In this document: piece after piece, positions 39,002 through 58,330 of the stretch
How the letters are laid out: every line of letters starts with the position of its first letter
Position numbering within the stretch: position 1 is the stretch's first letter
Assembly (NCBI RefSeq): GCF_009914755.1
Contig: NC_060933.1
Origin: the human T2T-CHM13v2.0 reference genome, Homo sapiens
DNA length: 64,000 nucleotides
Reading direction: 5' to 3' (one strand)
Notes under the pieces: generated by a model
Seen by the model: the letters and a program-made list of their open reading frames with translations, nothing else
Told to the model about the DNA's origin: nothing
The model's database searches: none
Program-made: the position numbers and the translations under genes

Positions 39002-39388
39002 TGATATGGTTTGGGTCTGTGTCCCCATCCAAATTTCATGTCCAATTATAATCCCCAATATGGGAGGTGAAGCCTGGTGGGAAGTGATTGGATGATGGGG
39101 GTGGGTTTCCCATTTGGTGCTGTTCTCGTGATAATGAATGAGTTATCATGATATCTGTTGTTTAAACGTGTGTGGCACCTCCCCACTCTCTCTCTTCCTC
39201 CTGCTGTAGCCATGTAAAGATGTGCCTGCTTCCCCTTCACCTTCTGCCATGATTATAAGTTTCCTGAGGCCTCCCCAGCTATGCTTCCTGCACAGCATGT
39301 AGAACCATGAGTCAATTAAACCTCTTCTCTTTATAAATTATCCAGTTTCAGGTATTTCTTTATAGCAGTGTCAGAATAGACTAACACA
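39002..39388 (+). mobile_element. MST (MaLR) solo LTR
   Basis: tgatatggtttgg...gactaacaca; 5-bp TSD cctgc. Confidence 0.9.
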
Positions 39389-40150
39389 CCTGCTCTGTCA
39401 TGTCTCAGGCAAAAGCCTCGCACTAGTTCTTAAAAAGGGGTGCCAGAAAGAAACAGGAGTCAAAGCAGGCCTGAGAGAGAGAAAGAGTTGTTCTAGAAAG
39501 CGTGAGAACAAGAGCAAATGTGTGAGAATGAGAAGAAGAGAGCATGAGAGAAAAAAGAGAAAAAGACAAAGAGAGCGAGAGACAGAGGCTCTTCCAGAAA
39601 GATGAATCACTATTTTAACCAAGCTACACACACACACACACACACACACACACCCCTCACAAGTTCCTCATCCTAGAAGTCCAAGCCTCTCCAGGCTGAC
39701 TCACCATCCAAACCCTATATAAACTGCTTGACCTAGTTCTGAAGAGGATTACTTTTAGCCTCAATCACTCATGGATTATTCCTTTATATATTCAGTGTCT
39801 ACCCGTCTTATCCACCCCAGGTGACTAATGAACTAAATTTCTCTTTCATGACATCAAATTTGTGACATGAACTTCATGCAGCCATGTTTGTGTTTAAAAG
39901 ACCATTCAGAAGCTGAGTCTAATAGAATGTGGCCTTGGGATTCTCATCCAGGAATAAAACCATTGAAAATATTTCCTTGTTCCTAGACCAGGTGAGAGAA
40001 ACAAAAACAAATAAATTAGAAAAAAATAAAAATTGAGTAGCTGTTTGCAAACTTTGAGAGGCCAAGGCGGGCAGATCACCTGAGGTCAGGAGTTCGAGAC
40101 CGCCTGGCCAACATGGTGAAACCCCGTCTCTACTAAAAATACAAAAATTA

Positions 40151-40294
<144 letters not shown>

Positions 40295-40585
40295 TCAAAA
40301 AAAAAAAAAAAAAAAAAAAGAAAGAAAGAATGAATGGGTATTTATTAAGCTGTGCTATCTGGGAAGCTGTAGCAATGTTAAAAGTAATAAACGATTCAAA
40401 GTTCATCAGATAAATATAGGTAGATGAGAACAAACGAGTAACATCAATAAAGTAGGTTGTGTTTCTATGCATGAAGAAATGTTGCGTCTTATAATTCAAT
40501 TCACTTTAGACATTTATTAGGCACTCATCAGGTACAAACTCTGCCCTAGGAATTGGTGGGTGCTACAAAATAAATGAAACACTGT

Positions 40586-40990
40586 TGTATTTGGCCATTC
40601 TTGCACTGCTATAAAGAAACTGGATAATTTATAAGAAAAGAGGTATAATTGACTCATGGTCTGCAGGCTGTACAGGAAGCATAGTGGCATCTGCTTCTGG
40701 GGAGGCCTCTAGAAGCTTCTAATCATGGTGGAAGGCAAAGTGGGAGCAGGCACATCGCCTGGTGAGAACAGGAGCAAGAGAGAGAGAGAGAGAGACAGGT
40801 GCCTCACTTTTAAACAGCCAGATCTTGCGAGAAATCACTATGATGAGGATGGGACCAAGAGGATGTTGCTAAACTATTCCTGAGAAATCCACCCCCGTGA
40901 TCCGATCACCTCCCACCAGGTCCCACCTCCAACACTGGAGATTACACTTCAATGTGAGATTAGGGTGGGGCCAGCATCCAAACTATATCA
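40586..40990 (-). mobile_element. MST (MaLR) solo LTR
   Basis: tgtatttggccattc...ccaaactatatca; 5-bp TSD actgt. Confidence 0.9.
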
Positions 40991-41254
40991 ACTGTTAAGG
41001 AAATAAAAGCTTTCTGCTATTTTATATGTATGTTCCTCATTCAGGTTACACAGTTCTTGTGTTGTATTCTGTGTAACGCTCTCACTGGCTTTGTTCCTGT
41101 GAAGGCCAGTGGATAAAACCTCTTATGTTATTCATGAGGGGTATTCATCTGCCCTAAAGCAGGGAGCTGGGGAAGAGGGGCCAATTCTCAATCAGAAAAC
41201 CAGAGCTCAGGTGATTCTCAGAGCTCAGAGGCACAAAGAATAAGCAATATTATA

Positions 41255-41536
41255 TGATTGGGTCTAGCTCTGTTGTGTGTGTGTTTTTTTCCAAATGTGT
41301 ATGTGTGTGTGTGTATATATATATACACACACACACATACACATTTGGAAAAAAACACTTGGAAAAAAACACACACACAACAGAGCTAGACCCAATCAAT
41401 ATATGGGTCTATGTATATATACATACACACATATATATTATATATTTTATAATATATAAAAATAATGAGAATATATATTATATATTTTATAATATATAAA
41501 AATAATGAGGATATATATATATCCTCATTATTTTTA
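41255..41536. repeat. Palindrome and tandem-duplication cluster (two spacer-less inverted repeats, two direct duplications)
   Basis: Checked base by base: perfect 78-bp palindrome 41281-41358, extending to 41255-41398 with a 14-nt bulge; perfect 40-bp palindrome 41497-41536; 40-nt tandem duplication 41431-41510. Confidence 0.95.
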
Positions 41537-41810
41537 GTAAGGTTTCCTTTTAAAGTTCTGGCCCTGCTCCTGAAGACATAAAGAAGGGCCTTAGATCCTT
41601 GGGAGCAGGGTTCTTACAGTGTGGTCTCAGGGCCAGCAGCAGCAGCAGCAGCATCTCCCTGGGGACTCGGGAGTAATGCAGGTTCCTGTGTGTCACCCAC
41701 ATCTACTGATCAGGAACTCTGGTGTGAGACCGAATGATGAAAGCCGTCCAGGGGATTCCGATGCTGCTCAGGGTTAAAAACCACAGCTTGATCTGAAGAG
41801 CTGCAGGGGA

Positions 41811-41829
41811 CAGCGCCCTCTGGAGGCCA
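41811..41829 (-). promoter_or_regulatory. Candidate CTCF site (reverse orientation) overlapping a CACGTG E-box
   Basis: Minus strand reads TGGCCTCCAGAGGGCGCTG, close to the CTCF core consensus; CACGTG at 41828-41833. Confidence 0.65.
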
Positions 41830-41955
41830 CGTGATCACAGCAGCCATAGAAAAGCAGCTGCATCCAGAGAAAGGAGCAAGAGTCTAGGTTTCCGAGTCCT
41901 GTTGTCCCTTCTCATGCAAAGAGACTTCTATGGTGGTCAACTTTAGAGATCCTGA

Positions 41956-42291
<336 letters not shown>

Positions 42292-43159
42292 TGAATATGG
42301 GTGTGTTCTAAAATAAATACTGTTCTATTTGCTTTTTCCAGTTCAAGTGTTCATATCATTCCCCTATTCAAAACGTTTTTACTGGTTCTTCATTAAACAG
42401 TCATCTCAGCCTAGTCTTTAAGGCCTCTGCAATGGGTCCAGCCCTCATTCTCAGCTCTCTCTCTCTTCCTCCCTGCATGAAAAATGCTGCTTGCTTGCTT
42501 TTGTGTTCATGTGGCATAGCTCATGCAACAGCGGCAGGCCACACAGTGTTGACAACTATGTCTCTCCTCTAAACCAAGCTTTTAAGGGCAGGCACCACAT
42601 TCTGTTCCTGCTTATCCCAGCATTTAGCACAGTGCCTGTTAATCATAGCTGGTTGGAAATTGTTTTAAAAATGAGTAAGTGGCTGAATATTATGCGTGGT
42701 CTAGCTGTGTTGAACTATTTGCTGTTCTTGGAACTTTCTACCTCTGTCTTCCTTTGTGCAGTTCCTTTCAATGTGAGATGCCCTTACATGTCCATCTCTA
42801 GCCTCTCAAAACCCCACCCATGCTTTAAGATTTACTCATAGTGGCTGCTTAATAAACACGTGGGAGTTGAACTGTATAGAACGTGCCCTTGATGGAACAG
42901 AGTCATCAGCTGGTAAGTTCATTAAGTCACACTGTTCCTAGGGCAAAGTGCACTTGAAAAAAGTGGCACAAATAATAATAATGACATTTATCTATAATAT
43001 CAATCAGTTGTATTGCTTGAGATCTTATCATGTGCCAAACCTTGCACTAAGCTTTTTACATGTTATATTTTATTTAATTCTTAAATCAGTTTATGGAGAA
43101 AGTATTGTTATTTGTAAAAATTTAGAATGAGGAAATGGAGGCACAGAGGGGTTAAATAA

Positions 43160-43333
<174 letters not shown>

Positions 43334-43809
43334 TAAGTTTTTTGTATTTTTTTAGTAGAGATGGGGTTTTACCGTGTTAACCAGGATCATCTCGATCTTC
43401 TGACTCGTGATCCACCCGCCTCGGTCTCCCAAAGTGCTGGGATTTCAGGTGTGAGCCACCGCGCCCGGCTTGCCCAAGGTTATATAGCTAAAAATGTCAA
43501 AGATAAGGTTTCACTATGTTGCCCAGGCTGGTCTTGAACTCTTAGGATCAAGCAATCCTCCCTCCTCAGCCTCCCAAATAGCTGGGACTATAGTCATGCC
43601 ACCATACCTGGCTGAAGCCAATATTAAAATGTAGGTCTGGGCCATGCACAGTGGCCTACACCTGTAATCCCAGCACTTTGGAAGGCTGAGGTGGGCAGAT
43701 CACAAGGTTAGGAGATCGAGACCATCCTGGCCAATATGGTGAAATCTCGTCTCTACTAAAAATACAAAAATTAGCTGGGCATGGTGGTGTGTGACTGTAA
43801 TCCCAGCTA

Positions 43810-43989
<180 letters not shown>

Positions 43990-44983
43990 CTAAATAGATT
44001 ATTGATAAAGTATATAGATATTAGAGATCTTGACAAAACAGAATTGCAAATCTAAACAGACAAGCAAGAAACCTGAACTCATATGCCAGTCGATGAATAA
44101 ATTAATATTTATTGAGCAGCTACTATGGGTCAGGCATTGTTCTAGGAGCAGGATGATAGAGCGGATGAATAGGCAAGGTCTCTGCTCTCAGGGAATTTAC
44201 TTTCCAGTGAGATAATCTGTTTAGGAGATAACATTTGAGCCAATCCCTGGATGATGAGAAGGAGCCGTCATTTAAAGATTTGGGAAGAGCCTGTCTCAGG
44301 CAAAAGGAAGGAAGAGGAAGTGCAAAGGTCCTGAGGCTAGGAAGACCAACAGAGGAGCCAATATGCAGAAACCATCGAGTGGAATTGACCCTGGATCAAG
44401 CTGTGCTTTCTGGACACAGCTTCCATAAAAGAAGGAACAAAACCCAGGTGTGAGTGGCCCAAAACAGGTGAATCAATTACCATATCTAGGAAGCAGGATC
44501 AAGTTGAAAGAAGATTCTCTTACCCCTTTAAATATTTTCATCTGTGCCACTATTGCAGTGTCTGAAAATGAATCAAGTTTGTAGATGACTTTGGGGGTGA
44601 AAGCAAGCGTCATCATTAAATAATATCATCAAACCATTCCCCAAAAAGTCAATAAAGTGAGTAACACAGTCTAGGAAGGACTTGCTTCTCAAAGGGTTCT
44701 GTTTACCAGATATCCCCTATATTGTTGCCTTTTCAGAGTAATTTTGTAAGAACCAAGTCACGGTCTCAGTAATGGCACTCTTACAGTGGGAAAATCCAAT
44801 ACCCAGGTGCTTTATGGACATATCAAGAATCATGAGTAAGGTCCGGGTGAGAGTGAATCTGTTGATAAAAACATGCCAGGGAATATTTTGTTTCCAATTG
44901 AGTGGTCTAAGAAAATGGGGAATGGGGAAGAAGGGTGAACCCTAGATATAGGCAATAGAAGCTGCCTGTCTGTAGAAAATTTA

Positions 44984-45187
<204 letters not shown>

Positions 45188-45486
45188 TCAAGTAATAAAA
45201 AGCAGACAAACAAACCCTTTCCTGCAGGGGCGGGGCAGACCCTTCCCACAGCAAATCCCCCTGGTAGGTGGCTGTTAACAATGTCAAATCCAATTTGCAA
45301 TACCTTTTTGTTCCTTCTTTGAACCTATACTTGATGTCTTCCACATGGTCTCCCCTGGGTCTGTTTTCTCTGTCCAGTAGTTGCTGTCTCTTTATGGGTG
45401 CTATGAAGGGCTCTCTTCCTTGTTTTGAGGTTCACAGCTCTTCTCTTCATGAGAGAACTTTTCCATACCCAGCTATTCACCTGCTT

Positions 45487-46127
45487 TTTCAGAGGTGTTC
45501 AAACCTGAGTGACTCCCTCTTGAATAGGGGCTGGATAAAATAAGGCTGAGACTGACTGGGCTGAATTCCCAGGAGGTCAGACATTCTTAGTCCAGGATGG
45601 GATAGGAAGTCAGCAGGACTGGTATCACAAGATACAGGTCACAAAGACCCTGCTGATAAAACAGGATGCAGTAAAGAAGCCGGCCAAAACCCACTAAAAC
45701 CAAGATGGCAACAAAAGTGACTTCTGGTCATCCTCACTGCCCACTATACACTAATTATAATGCATTAGCATGCTAAAAGACAGTCCCACCAGCACCATGA
45801 CAGTTTACAAATGCCATGGCAATGTCAGAAAGTTACCCTATATGGTCTAAAAGGTGGAGGAACCCTTAGTTCTGGGAATTGACTGCCCTTTCCCGGCAAA
45901 CTCATGAATAATCCACCCCTTGTTTAGCATATAATCAAGAAAGAACTATAAGTATACTCTGTTGAGTAGCCCATGCCTCTGCTCTGCCTATGGAGTAGCC
46001 ATTCTTTTCTTCCTTTACTTTCTTAATAAAGTTGCTTACACTTCACTCTATGAACTCGCCCCAAGTTCTTGACTGAGGTCCAAGAACCCTCTTTTGGGGC
46101 CTGGATGGGGGCTCCTTTCTGGTAACA
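45487..46127 (+). mobile_element. MER41B solo LTR
   Basis: 'tcagaggtgttcaaacc...cacaagatacaggtcacaaagaccctgctgataaaacagg...ctttctggtaaca' matches recalled MER41B. Confidence 0.88.
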
Positions 46128-46560
46128 TTTTTATCTGAAGTGATACTTCCTTCTAGGCATCCCTAAGAAGGAAGGCGTCTGTAACTTGTAGAGCTGCTGT
46201 CCTCTCTTGGCGACAGCCAGTCCCTGTAATACATCCTTCAGTATACCTGCCTTCTTATGTAAGCACACTTATTACCAAAAAAGTACACTTAAGCACAAAT
46301 ATTTAGTGAGGCCCATAGGCCAGGCACTGTCTGGACATTGGGAAGAGAGCAGTAAACCAACAGACATGGTCCCTGCCTTCAGAGTGAATTGTTTTAAAAA
46401 AATAAGTAAACAAAATAAATTCAGATGTTCATAAGTACAGTGAGGAAAACAGAAGAGGACTATGTGATGGAAGCAACTGAGGATAACACCACTTAACCAG
46501 ACAGGCAAGGGAAGCCTCTCTGAAGATGCGTATTTGACCAGATACCTGAGTACACAAGGC

Positions 46561-46960
46561 AAACCACCCACCCACCCAGCCAACCAACTGATCAACCAAC
46601 CAGCCAATCACTTGCCCACCCAGGCAACCACTCCCCCACCCACCCACCCACCCAGCCAGCCAATCAACCACCCACACATTCACCCACCCACCCAACCAAC
46701 CAGCTACCCACCCATCCACCCACCCATCGAGCCAACCAGCCAACCATCCACCCACCCACCGAACCAGCCAACCACCCACCCAACCAACCAATCAGCCAAC
46801 CAACCACCCACCCAACCAACCAACCAGCCAACCAACCACTCACCCACCTGCCCAACCAACCAGCCAACCAACCAACCATCCACCCGCCCAATCAATCAGC
46901 CAACTAACCAACCATCCACCCACCCAACCAACAAACCAACCAATCAACCAACCAGCCAAT
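46561..46960. repeat. Degenerate (CCAN)n tetranucleotide array inside an L2 fragment
   Basis: About 400 bp of CCAA/CCAC/CCAG/CCAT units; explains the PTNQ-rich and WLVG-rich ORFs. Confidence 0.95.
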
Positions 46961-48039
46961 TTTGAAACCATCCAGAGGAAGACTATTACAGGTAGAAGAA
47001 AATGCAAGAGGAAATTCCTGGGCTGTGAGTAAACTTGGTGTGTTTGAGGAAGAGAAAGATGTCAATGTACTTACAGTGGAGGGAGTGGGAGGGAATAGGT
47101 GGGTGAGGTCCCTCAGGCCAAGGCCATGATAAGGAGCTGAGATTTTATTCCAAGGATAAAGGAGAGCCATTGAACAGGTGAGTGACTCAATATGATTTAC
47201 ATTTATAAAAACTATATTACTTATTTAATCCTCTAAACAAATAGTGGGGTAATTAGTACTTAAAGATAAAGAAAAGAAGATCCTGAAAATTTATGTGATG
47301 GATTCAAGGGTCACCTAGTAAGGGTCTGAGCAGAGCCTGAAAGCTGGATCTTCAAAGTCCCAAGGTGCTTTTTTTCCTGTATACCAGCCCAGAGCAAAGT
47401 AAGATTCATGGTAAGAATGAGAGATGGATGGGTTATTTTATTTGTAAATATTCTAAGTGCATGATAGAGTTGGAGTGCACATGTGGGTGTGTCCTGGAGA
47501 AACAGATTTCTTAGTGGATCTGTATATGCAGCAGGAATTCAGCTAGCTTTGGGGGTTAAGAGATAATGGTGACTACTGCAATAGCTCAAGCTTATGGAGA
47601 GCTTACTATGTGCCAGACACTGTTCTAAATGTTTTACAAACCAACCAACCAACCAACCAACTAACCAACCAACCAACCAACCAACCAAACCAATAAGCAA
47701 ACAAAACGGTCTTTAAGAGAGCATTACAGGCAGAGGAAAGAACAAAGTTCCTGAGATAAAAAGAAGCTTGGTATGTCTGATGAATAGAAAGAGGTCAATG
47801 TACTTACAGCTGGAAGGTATTGTCATTATTCCAGCTTTACAGATAAGGAAACTGAGGCTTAGAGAGGTTAATAATTTGCCAAAGATTATACAACCAGTAA
47901 GTAGCAAGAACTCTAGAGCACACAATTTCAACCATATAATAGGCTGCTATTTATTAAGTGGCTCATGTACAGGAGTGCTATACAAATTATTTATGACCCA
48001 GCCGGACAATGTGCCCATTATTAGCCTCCTCATATGTTA

Positions 48040-48831
<792 letters not shown>

Positions 48832-50439
48832 CTATCTATTAAATTGGACAAAATAGCAGGCCTTTTACCAACCCGAAGTGAAATGCCCAAACCTAAGGTC
48901 AGCAGCATCTTAGGTGTTCTTGTTATTAATCCACTAAAATGCTTAAATTGAAAAAATAAAAAAAAAAAGCAGCTCTGGAGTCTTGCCAAGAGGAGAGTTA
49001 TAGCATTTAAGGGGCAGGACCCTTCCAGAGGACCATGGCCAAAGATGTGGTTTCAAAAGCCTAAAGCTACAATTTTCTCCACAAGGAAGAGATGGGTATA
49101 GTGGCAACCACTAGAGAACTGGGAAGGGATATGAATTTACCTCAGGGGGAACCTATCCCTGTACCCATAGCGTCAAACCTGTTAGCCAGCTAGTCTTGTG
49201 TTTTTCATATTTTCCCAATGATTTGATGCACTTAATACTTCTTGCCTTTCATAACGACCTCAAGGCAGGCATATAGTGACTTTGGTTTCTAACCAAGAGA
49301 ATTTCATGATCATGTATGTATACAAATGCTTCATCTCTTTCTTCTATGAATACTATCACATTTCTCATTAGTCTTAAATAGTTCTTATGGTTGTTTTCCT
49401 TTTATCCTTTTCTTTTATTTTTTTAAATTTGAGACAGAGTCTCGTTCTTGTTGCCCAGGCTGGAGTGCAGTGGCGTAATCTTGGCTCACTACAACCTCCG
49501 CCTCCCTGCCTCAGCCTCCCGAATAGCTGGGATTACAGGCACCCACCACCATGCCTGGCCAATTTTTGCACTTTTAGGAGAGATGGGGTTTCACCATGTT
49601 GGCCAGGCTGGTCTCAAACTCCTGACCTCAACTGCTCCACTCACCTCTGCCTCCCAAAGTTCTGGGATTACAGGTGTGAGCCACCACACCTGGCCCTTAT
49701 GACTGTTTTCTAACAGTCAAATCCTTCCAAATATATTATTAGTTGTAATTGTGTGTTGAAGAGAGTGTTTATAGTGACTACTGCCTGCTCATGTTGGATT
49801 TTTACTGTAGCATTTAATAACCATGAAATTAATATAGAAACAGCTGAAATATAGAAACACTGAAATCTTGAGTTCAGTGCCAAGATAATTGACATTTTAG
49901 ACAATAAGGTTAAAGAATAAAAGACCTATTGAAATCTTAGTTAAATTGTTATCTATCTTTAATCTTGTGAAACATTCACTGAAAGTTTCTACTGCTGTTT
50001 TTCTGGGGCTTTTCAGTCTTATGAAAAGAACTGAAAAGAAACTTTAAAAAGGTCCATTTTATTGAATCCATGTAGTCAACAGGTCATGTGGCCGTGAGTA
50101 AATCTTAGACAACAAAACTTAAAACCTTCATGAATGTCTCTACTAAAAATACAAAAAATTAGCTGGGTGTGGTGGTGGGTGCCTGTAGTCCCAGCTAATC
50201 GGGAGGCTGAGGCAGGGAGGTGGAGTTTGCAGTGAGCCAAGATCGCGCCACTGCACTCCAGCCTGGGTGACAGAGTGAGACTCTGTCTCAAAAAAAAAAA
50301 AACAAAGAAAAAACCTTCATGAATATTATCTATAAGCATATGATTATGTAGGTCTTTTGGGTTAAAGAAAGGACTTGTGTCCAAGGGGCTGAAGACTCAT
50401 GAGTTTTTACTATTTCTGTAGATTATTAATTAATATTGA

Positions 50440-54840
<4,401 letters not shown>

Positions 54841-54842
54841 AT

Positions 54843-55065
54843 TGCTATAGTACAGATGTTTGTGTCTCCTGAAAATTCACATGTTAAAACCCAGCGTCCA
54901 AGGTCATGGTATGAGAAGGTGGGGCCTTTGGGAAGTGATTAGGTAATGAAGGGGATTAGTGCCTTTATAAAAGAGACCCCAGAGAACTGGCTAGCCCTTT
55001 CTATCATGTGAGGACACAGTAAGAAGCCAACATCTGTGAACCAGGCAGCAAGCCCTCACAAGAAA
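54843..55065 (+). mobile_element. MLT1A/MST-type MaLR LTR fragment
   Basis: 'tgctatagtacagatgtttgtgtctcc...aggtggggcctttgggaagtgattagg'. Confidence 0.75.
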
Positions 55066-55962
55066 CGAGTTCCTGGGTTAGGTGTTTTCCATAAGGTACT
55101 TTTTTTTTTTTTTTTTATAGAGTCTCACTCTGTTGCCCAGGCTGGGGTACAGTGGCATAATCTCGGCTCACTGCAACCTCCGTCTCCCAGGTTCAAGCAA
55201 TCCTCCCAACTCAACCTCCCAAGTAGCCAGGATTACAAGCATGCACCACCACACCTGGCTAATTTATTTTTATTTTCATTTTTAGTAGATACAGGGTTTC
55301 ACCAGTTTGGCCAGGCTTGTCTCCAACTCCTGACCTCAAGTGATCCGCCGGCTTTGGTCTCCCAAAGTGCTGGGATTACAGGCATGAGCCAACGCGTCTG
55401 GCCTTTCATAAGGCATTTTATTTAATTATCAGAACAATTACATGAGTAAATATTACAATCACAACAATGTTGATGAGAGAAGTTAGGCAACTTGCCAAGC
55501 TAGTCAGCTGGGTGGCTAGGATAGAATCCAGCTGTGGTCCTCAACAGTGCAAACACAATTCCCACTTGTTTTTTGAACTTAAGAGCTATGTAGCCTACTG
55601 GGTCAGGTGAATTTACTAGGACTCAGGAATCATCTTCCCTCATCTTCACTCCTTATTTTTTAACCTACATTTTACACTTTGTCCTCCTCAGTCAGACTGC
55701 TAACCTCCTTCACAGGCTGTGTTATTGAGTAGCTAGGATTACAAGCGCTCACCTCCATGCCCAGCTAAATTTTGTTTTTTGGTAGAGATGGGATCTCGCT
55801 ATGTTGCCCAGGCTGGTCTCGAACTCCTGGGCTCAAGCGATCCTCCCGCCTCAGCCTCCCAAAGTGCTGGGATTACAGGACTTAAAGAGACAGTAAGTAG
55901 AACATCTTGGCCTGATAGGTCCAGGAAAAGAGCCAGGGCAACTATCAGCTTGGACTGTAGAG

Positions 55963-55996
55963 TGCAGTTACCACAATTGGCCACCAGATGGCAGAA
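55963..55996 (+). promoter_or_regulatory. Candidate CTCF site (forward) with upstream U motif
   Basis: TGCAGTTACC-ACAAT-TGGCCACCAGATGGCAGAA: core plus upstream (ZF9-11-type) motif. Confidence 0.72.
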
Positions 55997-56756
55997 GCAC
56001 TCAGGGAATCGCGTCGGGAAGGCAAAGGATGTGCTGAAGGGCTTAGGGGAAGCCTCAGGCCCGAGATCCAGAGGTTAGCGCGTTCTCAGCAGGGAGGGCC
56101 AGTTGTTCAGGTAAATATAATTCAGACAGCTAGAATATGGGATGCGCTGGTGAGATTCAAACAGGCCCACTTTGGTTCTACCAGAAAGAGAAATAGGGAG
56201 AGTGAGCTGGAGATGGGATCATTGCAACAGAACGTTTCAAATGCTCAAGATCAAAACACAACATAAATAAGCTGGGAAACAGGCTGGATGCGCTCTGCAG
56301 GCAGGATGAGAACGAGAACGGGTGATTGGCATTCGAAGACAAGGTTGAGCTGTGAGTGAAATTCAGGGTAGGCTGAGCATCCAGAAGGGAGTGAACCTTG
56401 GTTATGCCTGGGACCATCTGCCCCATAGATGACCGTGTAGCGGACCGTATTTCATAGAAATGGCCCTAAACACATTTTGGGTCATATGTTTCCCCAGAAG
56501 CTTAGTACTTCCCCGACAAGGGGTAGAGTCTAGGTACTCTCCCTGTGAGCCTGGGCAGGGCTCCCTGACTGCCTCAACTAACAGAGCACAGTGAAAGTGA
56601 CATATATGACTTTCAAGACTCAGTCATAAACACGGTGCAGTTTCTGTACGGCTTCCTCTCTCTCAGGACCCTCACTTAAAAACCCCGAGCTACCATGTGA
56701 GGAGCCAGGCTACCTGGAAGCTGCCATGTTAGAAACGATGTGGAAGGATCACATAT

Positions 56757-57615
56757 GTTGGGGCTCAGAAAATAATACCCCAAAATGGAGACCTCAGAAG
56801 CAGAAGTTTTTCTCTGTCACTCTCCTGCCCTCCTATCTCTCAGTCACATTCTCCCCTGAGGCCAGCCAAGGAAACGAACATCCCTCTTCCCCAACATGGG
56901 TTACAGCAGCGGTCCCCAGTCTTTTTGGCACCAGGGACCGGGACTAGTTTCATGGAAGACAATTTTCCCACGGAGTGAGGTGGGGTGGTTTCAGGATGAA
57001 ACTGTTCCATCTCAGACTATTAGGCATTATGTAGATTCTCATAAGGAGCACGCGACCTAGATCCCTCCCATGTGCAGTTCACAATAGGGTTTGGCCTCCT
57101 GCGACAATCTAATGCCACCACTGATCTGACAAGAGGCAGAGCTCAGGCGCTAATGCCTGATCACCCACACTCACCTCCTGCTGTGTGGCCCGGTTCCTAA
57201 CAGGCCATGGACCAGTATCGGTCAGTGGCCCTGGCATTGGGGACCCCTGGGTTATGTGAAACCAGAACTCCTTTTCCCTAAAGCTAGTCATAAAACCTAA
57301 AAATATTACTCTAATTTACCCCTCTGCCTTTCTGTATAAAAACTGGCCATAAAGAAATTATTTGGCTTATCTTGTTTGACTCTTGGTCATAAGACCCCCA
57401 TTTCAGAGATGATCCTGCCCCATATACAGAAGGAAAGAATACTGCACAGAGAAGCCAAGAAGAATCTAGACAGACAGGCCTTACTCAGTCTATCGGCATT
57501 AGATCATTCCATTTTTGTCTAATCATATTTCCACATAGTCCATACTGTATTGGACCTAAGCAATAAAATGGACAATGTCCCCTGTATTTTTGAATCTTCA
57601 TTCTAAAGGCTCCCA
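56757..57615 (+). mobile_element. MER31-like LTR containing a MER1B (56907-57249); MLT1 fragment just before it (~56435-56755)
   Basis: 'tgttggggctcagaaaataataccccaaaatg'; MER1B ends cagcggtcccc...ggggacccctg with partial TSD ggtta. Confidence 0.8.
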
Positions 57616-57639
57616 CTATAATAATAGTCCTATACATAA

Positions 57640-58330
<691 letters not shown>

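Noticed and set aside
41255-41536. CRISPR-like array or pre-miRNA
   Set aside because: No repeat-spacer structure and the context is eukaryotic; the hairpin is microsatellite-centred and I have no expression evidence.
41635-41654. (CAG)6 repeat
   Set aside because: Short expansion of the cagcagca core in a MER5-like element; non-coding and unremarkable.
46429-46965. Mucin-like PTNQ ORF and WLVG-repeat ORFs
   Set aside because: By-products of the tetranucleotide repeat.
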